Assembly: GCA_963675595.2 (NCBI GenBank)
Contig: CAXXLZ010000001.1
Location: 1,216,001-1,280,000, forward strand
Direction of reading: 5' to 3'
DNA: 64,000 nucleotides
Source of the DNA: Thermodesulfobacteriota bacterium
Lineage (GTDB): Bacteria; Desulfobacterota; Desulfarculia; JACQYL01
Part shown: piece by piece, positions 58,342-64,000 of the stretch
Layout: each line of letters opens with the position of its first letter
How positions within the stretch are numbered: position 1 is the first letter of the stretch
Position numbers and translations under genes: made by a program
The notes under the pieces: generated by a model
What the model was told of the DNA's origin: nothing
The model's database searches: none
The model's input: the letters and a program-made list of their open reading frames with translations, nothing else

Positions 58342-58621
58342 AGTCGCCTCCTGCGCGCATCGAAATGTTGTGATCGTTCGATCGCCTAGTTACATAGTAT
58401 ACCTAAAAGAACGTGATAGGAAGGGTGTCAAGTTGACTTGCTCGCCGAACCTTTGTACAAGCCGGCATGTAACCCTTCCAACATTGGCGACTTCGGGGCG
58501 ATATTAGACCGGAACCGGCCGAACGACCTTTGTGGGCGGTGGGGTGCCGAACGTCCTCGTCCCTTCCCTGGGGTTTTCGGTCGGGGCAAACTTAAGCCGT
58601 GGAGGATATTTCCAAAGCCGT

Positions 58622-59875
58622 ATGGGCCACCCGGAAGTACATAGCCTCCTCACCATCGGCCTTTTGCTCGTTGTGGGACACCTTTGCGGGCTGGCGGCAA
58701 ACGCGGTGAAATTGCCGCGAGTCACGGGATACATTACTGCAGGTCTTCTTCTGTCGCCCACCGTCACCGGACTTCTCGCAAGGCACCGGGTCGAATCTCT
58801 CCTCCCCTTGATCACCGACATGACGCTGGGCATCATAGCCTTCGCCATCGGAGCCAGCCTTCTGGTCTCTCGAGTACGCGCGTTGGGCAAGTCCATTCTC
58901 TGGATTACCCTCACCGAAAGCGTCGGGGCCCTGTTGCTGTCGTCCCTTGCTTTGTGGCTCGCGGCTCCGGCTTCACCATTGCTCAGCAGCCACGGCAGCG
59001 GAACCCTGCTCGGCATGATTCTCGTGGTGGGCGCGGTGTCCGTCCCCACCGCGCCGGCCGCCGTGCTGGCCGTGGTGCACGAAATCCGAGCCGATGGTCC
59101 CGTTACTACGACTCTGTTGGGGATCGTGGCCCTGGACGACGCTTTGGGCCTGATGCTGTTCTCCGGGACGGTCGCCGCCGCAACGCTTCTCGGCGAAGTG
59201 TCGGGCCCAACCCAAGTAGGGGCCGTGACGGTGCTGAAGGAAATCTGCGGAGCCGTCATCAGCGGAGCCATCGGGGGATTGATTCTTGAGCGGGTGATAC
59301 GAACCGCAAGACGACCCGAAGTGCACCTGGTCGCAGTGCTGGGATTTGTCTTCCTGCAGGTGGGATTTTGCACCATGTATGGGATTTCGCCTCTCTTGGC
59401 GAACATGGTCATGGGGTTCACCATCACCAATCGAATGCAGCATGCGGACGAATTGCTTCAACAGATGGAGATTCTGGAAGAGCCCATGTACTGCCTGTTT
59501 TTCGCGCTTGCAGGTGCACATTTCAATCTCGGAGTCCTGACTTCCTCGATTATTCTCACCATAGCCTTGCTGGTGGGCAGGTTTGCGGGTAAGATTCTGG
59601 GCACGGTTGCCGGTGGAAAGATATCCCATGCTCCGGCTCAAGTCAGAAAGTACCTGGGTTTGACTCTTCTGCCACAGGCCGGGCTTTCTTTGGGACTGAT
59701 CTTTCTGGCCAGACCCGTGCTTCCGGAAGGCGTGTACGACGTCCTGCTCAACGCCATGCTCGCCTCGATCATCCTAAACGAATTTATCTCCCCGCCCCTG
59801 CTTAAATGGGCCATCGGGTCGGCGGGAGAAAGCGGAACCTCCTCCAATAATCGCACTTTTCCAACGAGCTGTTGA
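58622..59875 (+). CDS. Cation:proton antiporter (CPA2/Na+/H+ exchanger family)
   Basis: LPRVTGY, TAPAA, VALDD, FFALAG, LLPQAG, NEFISP; many TMs. Confidence 0.9.
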   Translation: MGHPEVHSLLTIGLLLVVGHLCGLAANAVKLPRVTGYITAGLLLSPTVTGLLARHRVESLLPLITDMTLGIIAFAIGASLLVSRVRALGKSILWITLTESVGALLLSSLALWLAAPASPLLSSHGSGTLLGMILVVGAVSVPTAPAAVLAVVHEIRADGPVTTTLLGIVALDDALGLMLFSGTVAAATLLGEVSGPTQVGAVTVLKEICGAVISGAIGGLILERVIRTARRPEVHLVAVLGFVFLQVGFCTMYGISPLLANMVMGFTITNRMQHADELLQQMEILEEPMYCLFFALAGAHFNLGVLTSSIILTIALLVGRFAGKILGTVAGGKISHAPAQVRKYLGLTLLPQAGLSLGLIFLARPVLPEGVYDVLLNAMLASIILNEFISPPLLKWAIGSAGESGTSSNNRTFPTSC

Positions 59876-59878
59876 GAA

Positions 59879-60349
59879 ATGATCATCAAGAACGTGGTTG
59901 AATCCATCGGAAACCGGGAAATTCCCTTCGTACGATCCGGCAGTGATATAGATGAAGTGATCGACGTGATGGTGCGTTCATGCCACACGCGAATCGTTTA
60001 CGTTTTGGACGAAGAAGACCGGCTGCTGGGATACATTGAAATCGGCAGTCTGCTGAGGCATCTTTTCCCTCACCTTTATGAAGGGAAAATCCACTCTCAC
60101 GGCCTGCTGCGAAGAATCACGGTGGAGACCGCGGAACAGTTGATGACAAAAGCCAAGCTTACCGCGGGACTCGACGAGACGGTGGACGAGGTCCTGCAAC
60201 GAATGGCTCTCACCGGAAAAAAGGAAATCGCCGTTCTTGACGCGGAAGGTAGGATTCTTGCCGACATCAATGCGGTGGACCTGCTGCGCTATTTTCATTT
60301 GGATCATTGCAGGTCCGGGCTTCGACAGGCTGAAACGGAGGCTATCTAA
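59879..60349 (+). CDS. CBS-domain pair protein
   Basis: YVLDEEDRLLGYI and IAVLDAEGRILADI CBS motifs; 3 nt after the antiporter. Confidence 0.85.
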   Translation: MIIKNVVESIGNREIPFVRSGSDIDEVIDVMVRSCHTRIVYVLDEEDRLLGYIEIGSLLRHLFPHLYEGKIHSHGLLRRITVETAEQLMTKAKLTAGLDETVDEVLQRMALTGKKEIAVLDAEGRILADINAVDLLRYFHLDHCRSGLRQAETEAI

Positions 60350-60543
60350 ACCGGGGCGGGCGGCGAAGGTCGGGGTTGCTCGAAACCCTTATCGCCCAAA
60401 TCACTTGCCTCGACCCTGAGATTGCCCTATTCTCGTTGCCTTACCGGTTCTCTCAGGTCCGGAGACGGCCGGCTTGGCAGCCCCCCCGACCCCATTCCCG
60501 GTCCTTCCCAGTGTCGGGCCGGCAACACCGAACAGGCTTGCGG

Positions 60544-61938
60544 ATGGATTTGCCCATCATTCAAACTCCCATTGCGCCTCGCTGGGTATGGATGGAGGAA
60601 GTCACCTATTCCCACATCCCCATCGCAACGCTCATCACCGCTTTTCTGCTGCTGGCCCCCATCTACGAAACCATCGGCTATTTGAGGAAAGACCCACGCT
60701 TCGACCGACTGGCGAAAAGCATGGTGTTTTTCACCATGATCCTGTATTCCCCGGGCGCCGCTCTGGGCACGGGCATTCCCATGTTCATCATCGGGTTGTG
60801 GCCGGAATTCTGGTCCCGTTGGTCCAACCTGTTCTTCTGGCCGCTTATGGGCCAGTTCATGTTCTTTCTTCTTGATGTAATCTTTCTATTCTTCTTCTAC
60901 TACCTGATGTGGGAGAAACTGGCCGACCGCAAACCACTCCACATCTTTTTCGGCTTTCTCTCCGCACTTTTCGGCATATTGATCCAGCTCGTTTGGGACA
61001 GTCTCGGCGGGTACATGACCACGCCCAGTGTGCCGCTACCCATGGTAAACGAGCCCGTGGGCTGGTCCGCGGCGGCCTTTTTCAATCCCAGTTTCCCTTA
61101 TCTTTTCGCGCATCGTTTCTTCGCCAACATCAGTTACACGATGCTCCTGCTCGGAGGCGTTTTCGCATTGAAGTATATGAGGCAGAAGGATCCGCAGGAA
61201 AAAGCCTATTTTGGATTCGCGGCGGACCTGACGTTTACCATCGGATTTCTATGCTTCTTCGTGATGCCCTTCGTGGGCTGGAATTTCGCCCGCGTGCTTC
61301 AAGAAGAGTCCCCCGTGGTTTTTCACGCGATCATGGGAGGGCACGCCTCTCCCTACTTTGTCGTTAAGATGGGATTGATTGCTTTCCTGGTTTCGTTCGG
61401 AGGCGCCTATCTGTTCATGAGACACCGAAACCGGGCGGTCTTGGCGTTTATCACCGCCGGTATTGCGGGGATTTACTATATACTCCACGTGCACCCTCCG
61501 CTGCACTGGATTCCCGGTGGACCAACGGTTTGGAGAGTGAGCTACACCGTGGTGCTCGCTGGTCTTCTGATCTTTTTTTGGACCCGAAAACGAAAAGGAG
61601 AGGAAGAGAGCGCAAGCCGACCGCGGCTCATGTTTCTCGTGGGCCTGGCCGCGTTCTTCGCCTTTGCCCTGGGGGGGTTCACGCGTGAACGGGCTCGACA
61701 GCCCTACAACGTCTACGGACAACTGGTGAAGTCCGAAGTGCTTCCCCTGGAGGCGGACCGTTGGCTCACTTATGAAAAATGCATCATGTGTCATCACCAA
61801 AGCCCGGCTGAGTTCGAGCGCTATAAGCCCAAAGACTGGGTCGCGCGTGTAAAGACGGAACGTGATCGTCCCGGTGTGAACATCTCCGATGAGGAGGCGG
61901 AACGGATTACCCGTTTTCTTCAGGAGAATTACCGTTGA
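60544..61938 (+). CDS. Cytochrome bd subunit I (CydA)-like protein with C-terminal cytochrome c (CIMCH)
   Basis: TM1 His (YSHIP), FDRLAK, PGAALGTG, GYMTTP, FFNPS...HR, RERARQPY; CxxCH at 61780-61794. Confidence 0.85.
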   Translation: MDLPIIQTPIAPRWVWMEEVTYSHIPIATLITAFLLLAPIYETIGYLRKDPRFDRLAKSMVFFTMILYSPGAALGTGIPMFIIGLWPEFWSRWSNLFFWPLMGQFMFFLLDVIFLFFFYYLMWEKLADRKPLHIFFGFLSALFGILIQLVWDSLGGYMTTPSVPLPMVNEPVGWSAAAFFNPSFPYLFAHRFFANISYTMLLLGGVFALKYMRQKDPQEKAYFGFAADLTFTIGFLCFFVMPFVGWNFARVLQEESPVVFHAIMGGHASPYFVVKMGLIAFLVSFGGAYLFMRHRNRAVLAFITAGIAGIYYILHVHPPLHWIPGGPTVWRVSYTVVLAGLLIFFWTRKRKGEEESASRPRLMFLVGLAAFFAFALGGFTRERARQPYNVYGQLVKSEVLPLEADRWLTYEKCIMCHHQSPAEFERYKPKDWVARVKTERDRPGVNISDEEAERITRFLQENYR

Positions 61939-63398
61939 ACCATATTGAGTTTCCAATCCTGGGCGCCAAATGGGCCATCGGGTCCATTGCGCTTTTCCAC
62001 ACGGCCGTGGCCTCCCTGGCCATCGGGTTCGCCTTTTTTGTGGCCGTGGCCGAGATCATGGGCTACGTGCACAAGAACAGGCAGTACGACCTATTGGCCA
62101 AACGGGTTCAACTCATTCACGTCTGCATCTACAACATCGGTACGATCAACGCCATAGGCCTGGTTTTCGCTCTTTCCGGGCTTTTCCCTCAGTTCTGGAG
62201 CCAGATTTTCGTACAATTCTATTGGCCGCTCATCGTCGAAGAGTTTCTTTTCTTTCTGTTGGCCACCACTCTCACGTTCCACTACTTCTTCTGGGACCGC
62301 CTTTGGGGGCACAAGAAGCTCCATATCTTCATGGGAGTGTTATTGACTCCCATGTTCTTTCTCCAGTTCTACATCATCAACGGTTTGGGCGGGTTCATGC
62401 TCACCCAGGGAGTGGGCGAGGCGGAACTGTCCTTGCGCACCGGCATCTTGGGTTGGGACCGATTGGGTTTCTACAACCCTTCCTTTCTGATGCTGACCCT
62501 TCATAGGACATTGGCGAATTTCGCCTACGGGAGCTTCGGCGTTGCGGGCATCTGCGGGGCCATGCTGTACCTGACCAACCGTCCCAAGGTGAAGGCATTC
62601 TACGAGGAGGGCGGGCGCCTTGCCTTCTATGTGGCTTTTGCCGCTTTTCTATCCCTGCCCATCATCGGCTATTTCTACGCCCATGTGCTAAGAACCCAGG
62701 CCAACGAGGCCTTCGTCAACTTGATGTGGGGGAGAGGCGACGTGGTCGCCGGCGGTGTGGATTGGTGGTGGGTGAAACATATCCTGGTGGCTTCCATGCT
62801 GGGTATGTGCCTGACCTACTTCATGCGCACATCCGATGATAAGCGCCCTTTCAACATTCCGAACATCATGGTGATCAGCGTAGCCGGATTCTACATCATG
62901 TTCTATCTGGCCATGGGTATGATCATGACCTGGGCCTTCTTCTGGTGGATGCTGGCCTTCGGCATCGGCGGGGCCTGCTTGAGCGGCCATCTACTGAGCT
63001 ATCATCAAGGGTCCGGGCGGGGCGTATACCTTCTCATCGGCATTCTCTCCTTCGCCACCGTGTTGCTGGGAGGATACGCCAGGGAATCCGCAAGACCCAG
63101 GTTTGTGGATCGCATATCCCATTACGACCAAGTGTTCGTGCCCGAAGACAGACAGCCCTATCTTATGCTGCCCCTGAAACCGACCACAGAGGCGGCGACG
63201 GTTATGAAAGAGCCGGTGGGCGCCGGAGAGCTGATTCGAAAAAAGTGCACCGGATGCCATACCCTGGACCGAATCAAAAACTACCCAAGAACCAATTGGG
63301 ACACGGTGGTGCGGCAAATGGAGGTCTACGGAGCCCGTCTTTCCGACAAGGAACGGGAACTCGTGACGGCCCATCTGAAAGAAGGAAAACCTCTCTGA
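61935..63398 (+). CDS. Second CydA-like protein with C-terminal cytochrome c (CTGCH)
   Basis: TM1 His (LFHTA), YDLLAK, GFMLT, FYNPS...HR, RESARPR; CxxCH at 63246-63260; 4-nt overlap with previous gene. Confidence 0.85.
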   Translation: MNHIEFPILGAKWAIGSIALFHTAVASLAIGFAFFVAVAEIMGYVHKNRQYDLLAKRVQLIHVCIYNIGTINAIGLVFALSGLFPQFWSQIFVQFYWPLIVEEFLFFLLATTLTFHYFFWDRLWGHKKLHIFMGVLLTPMFFLQFYIINGLGGFMLTQGVGEAELSLRTGILGWDRLGFYNPSFLMLTLHRTLANFAYGSFGVAGICGAMLYLTNRPKVKAFYEEGGRLAFYVAFAAFLSLPIIGYFYAHVLRTQANEAFVNLMWGRGDVVAGGVDWWWVKHILVASMLGMCLTYFMRTSDDKRPFNIPNIMVISVAGFYIMFYLAMGMIMTWAFFWWMLAFGIGGACLSGHLLSYHQGSGRGVYLLIGILSFATVLLGGYARESARPRFVDRISHYDQVFVPEDRQPYLMLPLKPTTEAATVMKEPVGAGELIRKKCTGCHTLDRIKNYPRTNWDTVVRQMEVYGARLSDKERELVTAHLKEGKPL

Positions 63399-63411
63399 CG
63401 CTAAGGACGGT

Positions 63412-63747
63412 ATGAGCGACGAGGCCGAAAACCGGCGGCAGGAGACAGCGGAACAGGAATCTCATGAGGATTCGCCGGACAAGTCTCCCCACGAAGGGGC
63501 GACGGAGCCCCAGACCGAGGGGAATTCCGACGCGGACTCCAAGGAGCAATCCACGAGTCCGGGCGCAGCCACAAAGGAGGTCCCGGGGGGCCCTGCGTGG
63601 GAGGCCGAAATCGATGTCTATCCACTGCGCGAGGCAACTGAAGATGCCAAATGGGCCGTCAGGACCGTCTGGATATGGATCGGCTTTGCCTTGGTCGCCA
63701 TGGGGTTCATCCTGGTCTTGCTGATATTGGGCGCGATGCACGACTAG
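63412..63747 (+). CDS. Small single-TM protein with acidic low-complexity N-terminus
   Basis: AAGGA RBS; acidic stretch then EIDVYPLREA.ED.KWAV..VW and a hydrophobic helix. Confidence 0.7.
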   Translation: MSDEAENRRQETAEQESHEDSPDKSPHEGATEPQTEGNSDADSKEQSTSPGAATKEVPGGPAWEAEIDVYPLREATEDAKWAVRTVWIWIGFALVAMGFILVLLILGAMHD

Positions 63748-63891
63748 TAATCACTTCCATGCCTGACCCGGCCGCTTGCCGCGGAGCTCAAAGGAGAATC
63801 GAGAGAGGGCTTGAAGGGGAACATGCAGGCCTGTTTGCGGATCGAAACCGCGGAAGATCGCACGACTTTTAGCCGCCTCTCAAATCCATTC

Positions 63892-64000
63892 ATGTTTCTC
63901 TTCAAAGGTAAATTTTGGCTTACGGTCCTCAAGGTCCTCTTCCTGGCATTTGTGGGAGCCATGCTTCTGGTGCAAATCCCGGAGTTGCGCTACGATCTGG
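63892..64000 (+). CDS. Partial membrane protein (runs off window)
   Basis: MFLFKGKFWLTVLKVLFLAFVGAMLLVQIPELRYDL...; in-frame alternative ATG at 63823. Confidence 0.5.
   Translation, partial: MFLFKGKFWLTVLKVLFLAFVGAMLLVQIPELRYDL

Overview
GC-rich bacterial window whose gene content (PurS-fused PurL, AcuA-like acetyltransferase, hexapeptide 'transferase', UGA-recoded dual-CxxC protein, CydA-cytochrome c fusions) points to an anaerobic Desulfobacterota/deltaproteobacterium (inference). It holds housekeeping genes (FadR-type regulator, surE, rsmG, purL/purQ, acyl-CoA ligase, M16 peptidase pair, wecB, cbiB/cobD), four secreted surface proteins (NlpC/P60, cohesin-PKD, a 3,249-aa FG-GAP + 23x DUF11 protein, a PKD protein), a ~17-kb glycosylation locus (two GT-C enzymes, polyprenol-P-sugar synthase, Wzx, two radical SAMs), and an operon of two CydA-like subunits each fused to a cytochrome c, with no CydB seen. 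Highlights not obvious from the ORF track: (1) a hidden 56-aa probable selenoprotein (6184-6354, in-frame TGA in CxxU, with a SECIS-like hairpin) just upstream of purL; (2) a ~95-aa beta-rich domain I do not recognise, in tandem pairs in two distant surface proteins at opposite termini; (3) a Q-loop-less CydAA'-cytochrome c complex with asymmetric heme ligation; (4) an orphan Pycsar-type membrane effector; (5) a MITE-like ~120-bp repeat in 2-3 copies. No rRNA, tRNA, CRISPR array or transposase was recognised. All family calls come from motif recognition by eye; no searches were run.
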